Origin: Antedon mediterranea
Lineage: Eukaryota > Animalia > Echinodermata
NCBI RefSeq assembly: GCF_964355755.1
Contig: NC_092679.1
Span: 526,201 to 590,200 of the forward strand
Reading direction: 5' to 3'
DNA: 64,000 nt
The position numbers and the translations under genes are program-made. The notes under the pieces are model-generated. The model was not told the DNA's origin, ran no database searches, and was given only the letters and a program-made list of their open reading frames with translations. Numbering within the stretch: position 1 is the stretch's first letter; each line of letters starts with the position of its first letter. Of this stretch, positions 26,679 through 39,646 are shown in pieces.

Positions 26679-26778
26679 ATGCTATACGTCCGATGCTATA
26701 CGTCCGATGCTATACGTCCGATGCTATATGTCCGATGCTATATGTCCGATACTATATGTCCGATACTATATGTCCGAT
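26679..26778. repeat. 14-bp tandem repeat, about 7 copies
   Basis: atgctatacgtccg units drifting to atactatatgtccg. Confidence 0.9.
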
Positions 26779-28054
26779 TTGTTAAAGGAACCTAATCTAT
26801 TTTTAAGTCGATATCAAGTCGACATTATTAAAGAATAACCATAACTATATTGTCAAACATACATTATCGATTACATCTTTATCGTCATGTACAAGCAGAC
26901 TTTAGGACACATATACCAATATTTATTACATTATTACACACACACATATCTATATATTATATATATTACTATAGGTCGTATACTTTCATTTGTATATACA
27001 TTATTGATATTAGTATGTACAAGGTTTGATATAGATGTAACATAATGATCGCACACAAATATATAATTATTTACATAATATAACTATATCTGGGATTAGA
27101 TCTCAGCACTGTGTATTTGCACAACAAAACTTTAGAGTATGTGTCTATATCTATGCATTTGTTAGTAATAGGTCCTTTAAGAAGCCCACCTTTCCCCGGG
27201 GAAATGCTGTCTGAGTTGCATATTTAAAAAATAGATATTTAAGTTAGACGTATTTAATGTGAACTTGTTTTATACAGGTTCATATTCTCACAATATGTAC
27301 CCTAAACCAATTGAAACGATTGCTCTCAGGCCAGGCCAAAGTTGCTCGCCTGCTTGGAAAATACTCGCCTCCTCGCAAAATACCCTCTAACTAAAGCATC
27401 TTTTACACATTCTCTAGTTCGAAGCGTCGTGAAAACATTTCCAAACATTTCCAAAAAAATAAATAAATTACTTCATACGGGCCTGAATAATATTATGAAT
27501 TTCATTGTATTCATACGATAATTATAGGGATAATACCAGGAAAGAGTAAAATTAATATTACTATTAATGTTAATCTTCCCTGACAATACAAACTACAGGA
27601 CAAATTATAAACAAATCATCTTATACCACAATCACATCATTTGAATACAACTTTACATACACTTAAGGGTTAAAATCATACTATACTACACACCAATATT
27701 ACAAAATGATTAAATAATATGATTGATATTGGTTACCATGTTGTGCAATAAAACGTCCCCCTCCTTTACCCACTGAATAAATAAATACAATGAAATAATA
27801 ATATATTCATCATTACTCCAGAAGACAATTGGCCAACAATCGATACCCTGCGCTTTACTTTTTTTTATAATAAATAAATCATATAATGTAACATTACATT
27901 TTATAATAATATCATATTAATAAATTTAACGAAGACTCCAGTATTGGTTATAAATGATGGCTAAGTGAATGCAGTTGAGCCATAAACTCGTTTTTATTCA
28001 AATTGAACGTAAATGTAATTGCGCTGCGTGTAACTGCAATGCATTAATTAGTGC

Positions 28055-31000
28055 TGTTGATAAAGATATTGATACATGTAAAACATGAAGATATTGTTGA
28101 AGATATTGATAAATGTAAAACATGGAGGTATTGAGAGAGCCTAAATGTAAAACATGAAGATATTGATGAGGAGATTGATAAATGTAAAATAAGAAGATAT
28201 TGTTGAAGATATTGATAAATGTACAACATGAAGATATTGATGAGGAGATTGATAAATGTAAAATAAGAAGATATTGTTGAAGATATTGATAAATGTAAAA
28301 CATGAAGTTATCGATAAATGTAAAACATGAAGATGATGAGGAGATTGATACATATAAGCATGAAGATATTGATGAAGATATTGATAAATGTAAAACATGA
28401 AGATACTGATGAGAAGATTGATAAATGTAAAACTTAAAGGTATTGATGAAGGTATTGATAAATATTGTTGTTGTTAAATGTAAAACATTAATATATTGTT
28501 GAAGACATTGATAATGTAAAACATGAAGTTATTGATAAATGTAAAACATGAAGTTATTGATAAATGTAAAACATGAAGATATTGATAAATGTAAAACATG
28601 AAGATATTGATGAAGTATTGATAAATATTTTTGAAGGTATTGATAAATGTAAAACATGAAGTTATTGATGAAGATATTGATAAATGTAAAACATGAAGGT
28701 ATTGAGAGAGCCTAAATGTAAAACATGAAGATATTGATGAGGAGATTGATAAATGTAAAATAAGAAGATATTGTTGAAGATATTGATAAATGTAAAACAT
28801 GAAGATATTGATGAGGAGATTGATAAATGTAAAATAAGAAGATATTGTTGAAGATATTGATAAATGTAAAACATGAAGTTATCGATAAATGTAAAACATG
28901 AAGATGATGAGGAGATTGATACATATAAGCATGAAGATATTGATGAAGATATTGATAAATGTAAAACATGAAGATACTGATGAGAAGGTTGATAAATGTA
29001 AAACTTAAAGGTATTGATGAAGGTATTGATAAATATTGTTGTTGTTAAATGTAAAACATTAATATATTGTTGAAGACATTGATAATGTAAAACATGAAAT
29101 TATTGATAAATGTAAAACATGAAGTTATTGATAAATGTAAAACATGAAGATATTGATAAATGTAAAACATGAAGATATTGATGAAGTATTGATAAATATT
29201 TTTGAAGGTATTGATAAATGTAAAACATGAAGTTTTTGATAAATGTCAAACATGAAGATATTTTTGAAGATATTGATAATGTAAAACATGATATATTGTT
29301 GAAAATATTGATAAATGTAAATTAAAAAGTTTGATGACGATTTCGATAAATGTAAAACATGAAGTTGTTTGTTGAATATATTGATAATGCAAAACATGAA
29401 TATATTGTTGAAGACATTGATAAATGTAAAACATGAAGGTATTGTTGAAGATGTTGATAATGTAAAACATGAAGTTATTGATTAAGTTTGATAAATTTAA
29501 AACATGAGATATTGATGAAGATATTGATAAATGTAAAACATGAAGATATTGATAAAGATATTGATAAATTTAAAACATGAATATATTGATGAAGATATTG
29601 ATAAATTTAAAAAACATGAATGTATTGGTAAATGTAAAATATGAAGATATTGATAAATGTAAAATAAGAAGATATTGATGAAAATATTGATAAATGTAAA
29701 TTAAGAAGTTTTTGTTGAAGGTATTGATCAATGTAAACAATGAAGATATGGATAAATGAAAATTAAAAAGTTATTGTTGAAGTTATTGATAAATGTAAAA
29801 TATGAAGGTATTGATGAAGATATTGATAAATTTAAAACATCAAGGTATTGATAAATTTAAAATATATAGATTTTGACGAAGATATTGATGAATGTAAAAT
29901 AAGAAGTTATTGTTGAAGGTATTGATAAATGTAAAACATGAAGGTATTGATGAAGATATTGATAAATGTAAAACATGAAGGTATTGATGAAGATATTGAT
30001 AAATGTAAAACATGAAGGTATTGATGAAGATATTGATAAATGTAAAACATGAAGGTATTGATGAAATATTGATAAATGTAAAATAAGAAGATATTGTTGA
30101 AGGTATTGATAAATGTAAAACATGAAGGTATGGATAAATGTAAAACATGAAGGTATTGAAGATATTGATAAATGTAAAATAAGAAGTTAGTGTTGAAGGT
30201 ATTGATAAATGTAAAACATGAAGGTATTGATGAAGATATTGATAAATGTAAAATAAGAAGTTATTGTTGAAGGTATTGATAAATGTAAAACATGAAGGAT
30301 TTGATGAAGATATTGATAAATGTAAAATAAGAAGGTATTGATGAAGATATTGATAAATGTAAAATAAGAAGATATTGTTGAAGGTATTGATAAATGTAAG
30401 ACATGAAGGTATTGATGAAGATATTGATAAATGTAAAACATGAAGGTATTGATGAAGATATTGATAAATGTAAAATAAGAAGATATTGTTGAAGGTATTG
30501 ATAAATGTAAAATAAGAAGTTATTGTTGAAGGTATTGATAAATGTAAAACATGAAGGTATTGATGAAGATATTGATAAATGTAAAATAAGAAGTTATTGC
30601 TGAAAGTATTGATAAATGTAAAACATGAAGGTATTGATGAAGATATTGATAAATGTAAAATAAGAAGTTATTGTTGAAGGTATTGATAAATTTAAAACAT
30701 GAAGGTATTGATCAAGATATTGATAAAAGTAAAATAAGAAGTTATTGTTGAAGGTATTGATAAATGTAAAACATGAAGGTATTGATGAAGATATTGATAA
30801 ATGTAAAATAAGAAGTTATTGTTGAAGGTATTGATAAATGTAAAACATGAAGGTATTGATGAAGATATTGATAAATGTAAAATAAGAAGTTAGTGTTGAA
30901 GGTATTGATAAATGTAAAATAAGAAGATATTGTTGAAGATATTGATAAATGTAAAACATGAAGGTATTGATGAAGATATTGATAAATATAAAATAAGAAG

Positions 31001-33975
31001 ATATTGTTGAAGATATTGGTAAATATAAAACATGAAGATATTGATAAATAAAAAACATGCAAATATTGATAAATGTAAAATATGAAGATATTGATGAAGA
31101 TATTGATAAATATAAAATAAGAAGATATTGTTGAAGATATTGATAAATGTAAAACATGAAGGTATTGATAAATAAAAAACATGAAGATATTAATAATTTT
31201 TAAATATGAAGATATTGATGAAGTTATTGATAAATGTAAAATAAGATATTGATGAAGATATTGATAAATGTAAAATATTAAGATATTGATGTAGATATTG
31301 ATAAATGTAAAACACGAAGGTACTGATAAATGTAAAACAAGAAGATAATTGAAGGTGTTGATAATGACAAAGGTGGTGGCACTTATATATTGATGAAGAT
31401 ACTGATAATTAAAACATGAAGGCATTGATGAATGAATAATGTAAAACAAGAAGGTACTGATCATGACAAAAGCGGTGGCAATGAAGATATTGAAATGAAA
31501 AACTGAAGATATTAATGAAGGTGCTGGTAATGACAAAAGTGGTGGCAATGAAGTTGTTGATAAAAGAAAACATAAAGATATTGATGAATAAATAATGTCA
31601 AACATAAAGATATTGATGAAGGTGATGTCAAAGGTGTTGGCAATCAAGATATTGATAATGAGAAAGATGAAGTTATTGTTCAAGGTGATGAAAAATATAA
31701 AGGTGATGGCACTGAAGATATAGAAGAAGAAAACATGAAGAAAATAATAGGTGCTGATAATAACGAAGGTGGTGGCAATGCAAAAGCTGAAGATATTGAT
31801 GAAGGTTTTGATAATGACAAAAGTGGTGGCACTAAAGATATAGATAACGGAATAGCTGAAGATATTTATGAAGGTGAGAAAAATGAAGTAATTAATGAAG
31901 GTGTTTATAATGACAAAAGTGGTGGCACTGAAGAAATTGATAATGGAAAAGCTGAAGATATTCTTTGAAGATGTTGATAATGATAAAGGTAGTGTCAATG
32001 GTATTGATAATGAGAAAGATGAAGATATTGTCGAGGCGCTGAAAATGACAAATATTGTGTTAATACAGATGTTGATAATGAGAAAGATGAAGATATTTAT
32101 TAAAAGTGCTGAAAATGTTGTGACAATGAAGTTACTGATAATACGAAAGATGAAGACATTGATGAATGTGTTGATAATGACAAAGGTAGTGGCAGTGAAG
32201 TTATTGATGAGAAAGATAAAGATATTGATGAATGTGTTGATAATGACAAACGTTGTGGCAATGAAGATATTGATGAGAAAGATGAAGATATTAATGAAGG
32301 TGCTGATAATGACAAAGGTAGTGGCAGTGAAGATATTGATGAGAAAGATGAAGATATTAATGAAGGTGCTGATAATGACAAAGGTAGTGGCAGTAAAGAT
32401 ATTGATGAGAAAGATGAAGATATTGATGACGGTGCTGAGAATGACAAAGGTGGTGACAATGAAGATATTGATAATGGACAAGGTGAAGATGTTGATGAAG
32501 GTGCTGACAATGACAAAGGTGGTATGACAATGAAGGTGCTGACAATGACAAAAGGGTGGTAATATAAAGCAGTTTGTAATAACAAAGATTGAGATATTGA
32601 TGAAAATGACAAAGGTCGTGGAAATGAAAATGTCAAAGGTCGTGGAAATGAAAATGTTGATAATGAGAAAGATGAAGATGAAGATATTGATTAAAGTGTT
32701 GATAATGACAAATGTGGTGAAAATGAAGATATTGTTAATGAGAAAGATGAAGTTATTGTTGAAGGTTCTGTTAATGACAAAAGTGTAGGCAATGAAGATA
32801 ATGATAATGAGAAATACGAAGTTATTGTCAAAGGTGTTAATAATGACAAATTTTAATAAAGATATTGATAATGGGAAAGATGAATATATTGATAAAGGTG
32901 CTGATAATGTCAAAGTTGGTGGCAATGAAGATATTGATAACACGATGAAGATGTTGATAGTGACAAACGTTGTGGCAATGAAGATATTGATGAGAAAGAT
33001 GAAGATATTGTTGAAGGTGTTGATATTGATATTGATGAATATACTTATAATGTAAACCATGAAGGCATTAATGAATGAATAATGTAAAACAAGAAGGTAC
33101 TGATCATGACAAAAGCGGTGGCAATGAAGATATTGAAATGCAAAACTTAAGATATTAATGAAGGTGCTGGTAATGTCAAGGGTGGTCGAAATAAAGATAA
33201 TGATAATGTGAAAGATGTGAAAGCCCAGATATTAAAGGTGTTGATAATGTCAAAGTTGGTGGCGATGAACATATTGATAATATGAAAGATGAAGATATTG
33301 ATGAAGGTGTTGATAATGACAAAAGTTGTGGCAATGAAGATATTGATGAGAAAGATGAAGATATAGATGAATGTGTTGATAATGACAAACGTTTTGGCAA
33401 TGAAGATTTTGATGAGAAAGATGAAGATATTGATGACGGTGCTGATATGACAAAGGTGGTCGAAATGAAGATATTGATAATGTGAAAGCTAAGATATTAA
33501 AGGTGCTGATAATGAGTTGGTGGCAATGAAGATATTGATAATGAAAATCATGAAGATACTGACAATGACAAATGTGGTGTTAATATATAGAAGTTTGTAA
33601 TAGAACAGATTGAGATACTGATGAAGGTGCTGATAATGTCAAAGTTGGTGGCAATGAAGATATTGATAATGGAAAGCATGAAGATACTGACAATGACAAA
33701 TGTGGTGTTAATATATAGAAGTTTGTAATAGAACAGATTGAGATACTGATGAAGGTGCTGATAATGTCAAAGTTGGTGGCAATGAAGATATTGATAATGG
33801 AAAGCATGAAGATATTGATAATGGAAAGCATGAAGATATTGATAATGACAAATGTGGTGTTAATATAAAGAAGTTTGTAATAGAACAGATTGAGATACTG
33901 ATGAAGGTGTTGATCATAGCAAAGGTGGTGGCAATGAAGATATTGATGAGAAAGATGAAGATATTGATAACAATA
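28055..33975. repeat. 5.9-kb compound degenerate satellite, strongly purine-rich and C-poor on the + strand
   Basis: 28055-31350: 25/37-bp units gaagatattgataaatgtaaaacat, with or without gaagatattgat. 31350-33975: about 63-66-bp units gatgaagatattgatgaaggtgctgataatgacaaaggtggtggcaat. Internal duplications with periods of 571, about 1640 and 128 bp. Confidence 0.95.
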
Positions 33976-35140
33976 CATTGTGTATTGGTTTGTCTTAGTA
34001 TTTTAATGTTTTTATATATTTATTTTTTATTATAATCCTGTCAGACGCAAGGACAACTACCAAATACTTATGTTTATGTAGATCTTGTGTGTATGTTTAT
34101 CCTGTGAACCTTTGAGGCATTGGATGCAATCACATGGTTATCGTTGGCAATGTGTCTAAATAATATTTTAATTTAATTTTAAGTAATGTATATGGAGCTT
34201 TGTTCTATTTTCCTCTTTAATAATTTTGTAAATAATAATAATCTCAGACATACATAAATTAATCATAACGTACGCCAAAAATAACAAAATCGTTTATCAT
34301 TTCTAAAAATAGAGAAAAATAAGAAAAATTTAAAAATTAAATAAATCACTGGCATAATTATTAGGATGAAATTATATGAAGTATATATGTAATGGTGTTT
34401 TCTCAATATCAAGTTTGTTTTAACTTGTCTAATGTAAATAAATTGCTAAAAATGTTTATAGTGAGTTATGAAATTTAAGTAATTTAAAATTGTTAAATTT
34501 GTTTACTGAATGATGTATTGTTTAAGGTCATTTCACTATTTGGTTCTTCGTAAAACTTTGATGTATGTAACGTTTTGAGGTCACACTGGAAAGCAATAAT
34601 GTCACTGATCTGGGCTTCCCTCTTTGAAGAAGACTAATATTACGACTAAACAAATCAACGCCCGTACACTAATGGAAAAAATGCACAAAAGGAACAATTA
34701 CATCAACATTTGTGGAAGACCATATCAAATGATTACTGGTTTCACTCAACATGCCTACAAACTACCACTTTTAAAATCCAGTAAATTAGTACTTTTGACT
34801 ATGGTACTTTGAATAGACCTACATGATTATACAATCGTGCCAGAATATGACGTCAGGTTTGTCATGACTCAGATGAGCTTCGAACCTTTATATTTTGCTA
34901 TTCAAAGTGGCGACACTAAATCACGATGTTATGTCAATTCGCACAGAAAGCGGAAATTCGACATTGCCCGACCTGTTTCGTCCTCACTGCCAAATATAAG
35001 GAAGAAGAACATGGGATAAAAGATTGCACGTCATCGTACGCTCGTGTGTTATTTATTTATACAAAATGGATTTCGATTTTTAGTTGTGAGGCGTGATGTC
35101 ATTCTCATTGTGTTCAGCTGTGTCCATAAAACATTTGACA

Positions 35141-36451
35141 TTACGTTAGACATGGCTTACATGTTAACAACTTTTTGAAAGTGTTTCGGAAGAGCTCGTT
35201 TGCTAGGGCATAACAAATCGGGTTAATTGTTGAATTAATGTAACACAACCAATAACTTAAATGAAATATTGAATTAGGAATCGCTTCATTGTTCCATGAC
35301 ATAATGATCACAACAGTACAATATGGACTCCATGTTAAGAAAAAAGCACCAAGAATAAACGAGAGAGTCCGAGTGGCTTTGCGTTCGCTCTTACTTTGCC
35401 GATCACCACCCGAACGTTTCTTTTTAGACTGTCGTTTGGTGTGCTCAGTCTGTTTTTTTAGTAAACTTTGTTTCTTCTCATCTTCTGTCTTTTTACGTCT
35501 TGATGTGGGTAATTTACTTTCCAATTTCTTATCAGACGATGAAGTATCATCATCAACGTCTGTTTCTGCCTGACGACTTTCTTGCGCGTCACACTCATAA
35601 CGCGTCGTTGTTGACGCGCCATTCAATGGTAGTGCCGAATACTTTGTTGTTTTTCCATTTCCCGACGAATGAAACGCTGAGTCTGCATTACTTGTATTGT
35701 CAATTGTCGCGAGTTGTGCGCCTTGCTCCGTTACAACTGTAGCCGTGGTTGCAGCAGTGTTACTACGTGCAGTCGCATTTATCTGTTGTTTTGTGCGTTT
35801 CTTTCGCGTCAATCCTCGAATAATGTAGTATATATACGAATACATTATTACCATGCTTGCCAACGGTATCCAAAACACACAAATAGTTGAAATAGTCATG
35901 AATAATGGCGATTCGTACATAAATGGGATGTAACACTCATTCCATGGCCTGTCATTTGCACTGTCAGGGAAAAAATAGGGCCAGCCTATAATAGATGTGA
36001 AGTATAAAAGAATTGGGCAAACCCATGTTGGTATTATCATGACTATGGCACGCTTAATTGTCATATTGTTTCGATATGATGTCGGACTACTCACAGACCA
36101 AACTCGATCAATGCTAATCATAATTAAATTCAAAACAGACGCTTCTGATACAGCAAAATCAACTGCGGACCAGAAATCGCACATGAACGCACTAAACGGC
36201 CAACACTCAAGTATAATATACACAGCATATATAGGCATTGAAAATACACCGATGATGACGTCAGCGCAGGCAAGACTTAACAAAAAATAGTTGCTAGGGC
36301 GATGTAGTCGACGTTCAATCTTGAATGACATCATTACCATGATGTTACCAGCTATCGTTATGATCATTCCAATAAAAACGCTTATCGATATCAAAGCAAC
36401 CACCAAACTGGATTTTTGTATCTCTTCATATAGACAGGTATTATTCGACAT
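35141..36451 (-). CDS. Class A aminergic GPCR, muscarinic acetylcholine receptor-like, 436 aa, intronless CDS
   Basis: Seven TM segments; GNIMV (TM1), NYFLLSLACADVIIG (TM2), CDFWSAVD...ASVLNL...DRV (TM3), CYIPF (ECL2), long ICL3, ERKATRTL and TWSPY (TM6), YWLCYINSTINPICYAL (TM7). The likely start is the ATG at 36451 (MSNNT, N-glycosylation sequon), 5 nt after acceptor ttattctcag at 36457-36458; the ORF-track N-terminal 12 codons are mostly intronic. Confidence 0.93.
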   Translation of the reverse strand: MSNNTCLYEEIQKSSLVVALISISVFIGMIITIAGNIMVMMSFKIERRLHRPSNYFLLSLACADVIIGVFSMPIYAVYIILECWPFSAFMCDFWSAVDFAVSEASVLNLIMISIDRVWSVSSPTSYRNNMTIKRAIVMIIPTWVCPILLYFTSIIGWPYFFPDSANDRPWNECYIPFMYESPLFMTISTICVFWIPLASMVIMYSYIYYIIRGLTRKKRTKQQINATARSNTAATTATVVTEQGAQLATIDNTSNADSAFHSSGNGKTTKYSALPLNGASTTTRYECDAQESRQAETDVDDDTSSSDKKLESKLPTSRRKKTEDEKKQSLLKKQTEHTKRQSKKKRSGGDRQSKSERKATRTLSFILGAFFLTWSPYCTVVIIMSWNNEAIPNSIFHLSYWLCYINSTINPICYALANELFRNTFKKLLTCKPCLT

Positions 36452-36646
36452 CTTTGCTGAGAATAAAAACAACATAATAATTAACATTAATTATGTACAG
36501 CATGCAACAGATTCTGCGCACGCTCAGAAACATTAAGCGTGCGTAGCATTATTGTATTCTCAATCTGCGCAGCGCGTTCGCTGTGAAAGCCAATGATCCT
36601 AATGTTTACAAATGCAAATGAAGTTAAAGTTAGATGAAAGTTACAT

Positions 36647-36698
36647 CGGTAGAGGGCGGCAATGAAAACATGTAATTGGGTGTTGCTGCCACCTATCG
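36647..36698. promoter_or_regulatory. Pair of inverted CTCF-like motifs
   Basis: tcggtagagggcggca (+) and tgctgccacctatcga (reverse complement tcgataggtggcagca) about 20 bp apart, 200 bp upstream of the GPCR coding exon. Confidence 0.35.
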
Positions 36699-39536
36699 AC
36701 AGAACGTGAATTGGAAATTTGCACCTACATCAATTTAGTCTGGGTTCCAGACGGAGTTTTGTCTTAATATTAGTAAAAAGATAAATATTTTGGCACATAT
36801 GACGTTTCATACGTATACTACTTGAATTGGATGTATTTTCAGACAAAAATCGCGGTCGAAATAAAAACAAATAAAAAAAAAAAAAAGATAATACAGTCTT
36901 GGGGCAAGTCTAACATCAATTACGATTCTTTTACATTAAATGAATTTTCGTTCAAACACTGCTCTGATTTAGAATGAATTTGATTCCAGTGATCTATAAC
37001 AGACGTGCATACCATCTTGTTTGACGAACAGTTCAAGCTCATAAATGTTAAAAAATGAGACAGATTGTACGACGCGCGCAAGGTTCGTGTTTATCGTGTT
37101 ACCCTTATGTGCTCATCAACGACTTCAACTAATCTTAATGATGTTTCCTATAATTATGTTAATTCAAAATATACAACATCACTCATTGGATGAGTTAAGT
37201 TAATGAATTTTTAATATCCATGTTTATATTCACACTCTTTAAGTCATTCATATCAAAACATTTTGTTCGCAATCTTCAAAACAAACACTTTATCGAACAC
37301 GCAAAGTTGTTTTTTCATTTAATGAAATTTGATGGTTCAATAAACAACAGATTATATTTAGTCTAAATATTATGCTGACATGACGTAATCATTTCATGCA
37401 CAAGCATGCCCATCAAGCTTTAACGGTACAATAATCAAGAAGTTATTGTTTGATCCACCACTACTAAAGACAATTTATTACGTATTGCGTTGGTGGTGGT
37501 AGCATCATATCAGTGCGTCTCGTCTCTCTCCTCCTCCTCCCCGGTCATCGCAAATCGTAAAACGCGCGCGTACCACCTAACATAACAGACGCGTACTATG
37601 GGCAAATCACACACTACGGACGCACGTTTAATACGCATCTGATGGCTCATTTAAAAGCCAAATCAAACACGTGCTTGTACATTTTAGGCCTGACTATAGT
37701 TTCTGAAAAGATTGTCTGGTTCAGTCGTTTACTTAGGTGGAATAATTACAACATGTTCAAATTTAAAAGACAATAATATGACAACAATGACATATAATAA
37801 TTCAGTTTCATAAGATTTTATTGTGAATACAATGTAATTTAAGCACATATTGTCCGCACACCCTCGATCTTCTGAAAGGTAAATAATGTACATTGTATAC
37901 GGAGACAAGATGCTACGTGTAGATGTAATTGTCGGCAGCATCAAGGAGTATTAACTATATTATTCTTTACATTCTAGGTTTGTGACCCGACCTATATAGC
38001 CGCTTTGTCAATATTCACATTATATATTTTATTAATACTGCAAATCATAATTTTACTAATCCATCGATCGTTATTTTAACAATAAAACCACCTTACTAAA
38101 CCAAACGTCATACAACTCATGAATACAATACTTTTTTTCTTTATTTTTTTTTTTATTTATTTCAACGAATTATTCTTATACACTGTTTTTAAATATCGGA
38201 AATATTTAAACATTTGAAATAACATTAATGTTTGAAATTATAAAATGGTTAAAGGCTACAGTTTAGAAAATCCTAGATTGCATTTGTTTTGTTAATGGAA
38301 AAAGCATTTACATACGTGAGTTAGCGTACCTTAGGAAAAAGGGTTTGCATGCATGCATGTTATTAAAATTCATTTTAAAACATTCCAAATGTTACACAGC
38401 AATTTACAACAATTCAACTAGTTAGGCTACATTATGGTGGTAGAAAAGAAAAGAACGTTTTAGCATGGGACTAGATATCCGAATTGTGCGTAATCACAGT
38501 TGTCAAATTTACAAATCAGACGATATTGGATGGAAACGAGCTGGAGCAGTGACAAGTCCAATTATAATCGGATCGACCCTCGTGTATTTCTCTCTGTCTC
38601 ATAGGAATAAAACAGCGTTCCATAGGCGGATCACGAAGGTACAAATTATCTATTGTGATTAGAAGATGAAGGAAAAAGTTATATAATTAAGTTGATGGGT
38701 GATCTTATTAAAGAAGGCAAAGATGTGTTGCCAGCAGATTGCAAATGAACTATTTAGCACGAAGCATACAAATCGTGTATTGATCCTAGTTTAGTTACGA
38801 ATAATTATAATCTCGAACTAACAAAAGTAGAATTTCAAACAATAGTTTAAGAGAACGTATAGAAACAGCGCTTGCGTTTAGGTACACAGGGAATGTGAGC
38901 TCAATTCAATCAAGTTGTTTCGGATCGATGAACAATGTACTAGATTCAAAAGTACCTGGTGCTAAGCCAGTCGACTAATTGGTGGGTGCTTTGATTTTAT
39001 ATTTTTATTCTACCCGAGTCTCATACATACAAACCTTTCTAGACACCATTTCATCATTATAATTTTTTTTTTTTAATAATACAGATATACTATTTTATTA
39101 TTTACTTGATTTGATTCCATGTTCGTATTTATAAAAATCAGTTTTAAAGAGGAGCAACATTTAAAGAATAAAACAATATAATAATAAGCCAATAAACTTA
39201 ATAAAGATTTAAAAATAGGTTACAATAACAGGGGGCTAAAACGAATCACGATTGTAATATATTGTTATGATGATATTTTAATGAAGTGCTTAGCTATGTT
39301 TATGAATATAAACGAGTTCACGTGGCAGCCTATTTTACAGTTAATTATGTGTTAAAGAGAATTGCTAGACAAAGGCGATCATTTTAAATTATTGCTTGGT
39401 ATTATTCTGCATAAAGGATATTTGCAGAATATGGTATTACTATTAGTAAATGTAAACGCACTTTAGTAGGTATTATTCATAATGAAATGCATCAACAGAC
39501 ACACGGTTGATATGAAATGATGTCACTCGCATAAAA

Positions 39537-39646
39537 ACGCACGCGTAAAGCGTATAAACGCAGGCGTAAATAGTACAAACGCACGCATAATGCGTATAAA
39601 CGCACGCGTAAGGCGTATAAAGGCACGCGTAAAGCGTAAAAACGCA
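39537..39646. repeat. 21-bp tandem repeat, about 5 copies
   Basis: acgcacgcgtaaagcgtataa units. Confidence 0.8.

Noticed and set aside
30742-33060. 772-aa hydrophobic ORF on the minus strand
   Set aside because: Antisense of a purine-rich satellite poor in TTA/CTA/TCA. The translation drifts among the three repeat registers (INIFI, YQYLH, LSISS), which argues against frame selection.
36452-36487. N-terminal extension MLIIMLFLFSAK of the GPCR
   Set aside because: It overlaps the polypyrimidine tract and AG acceptor; the likely start is the ATG at 36451.
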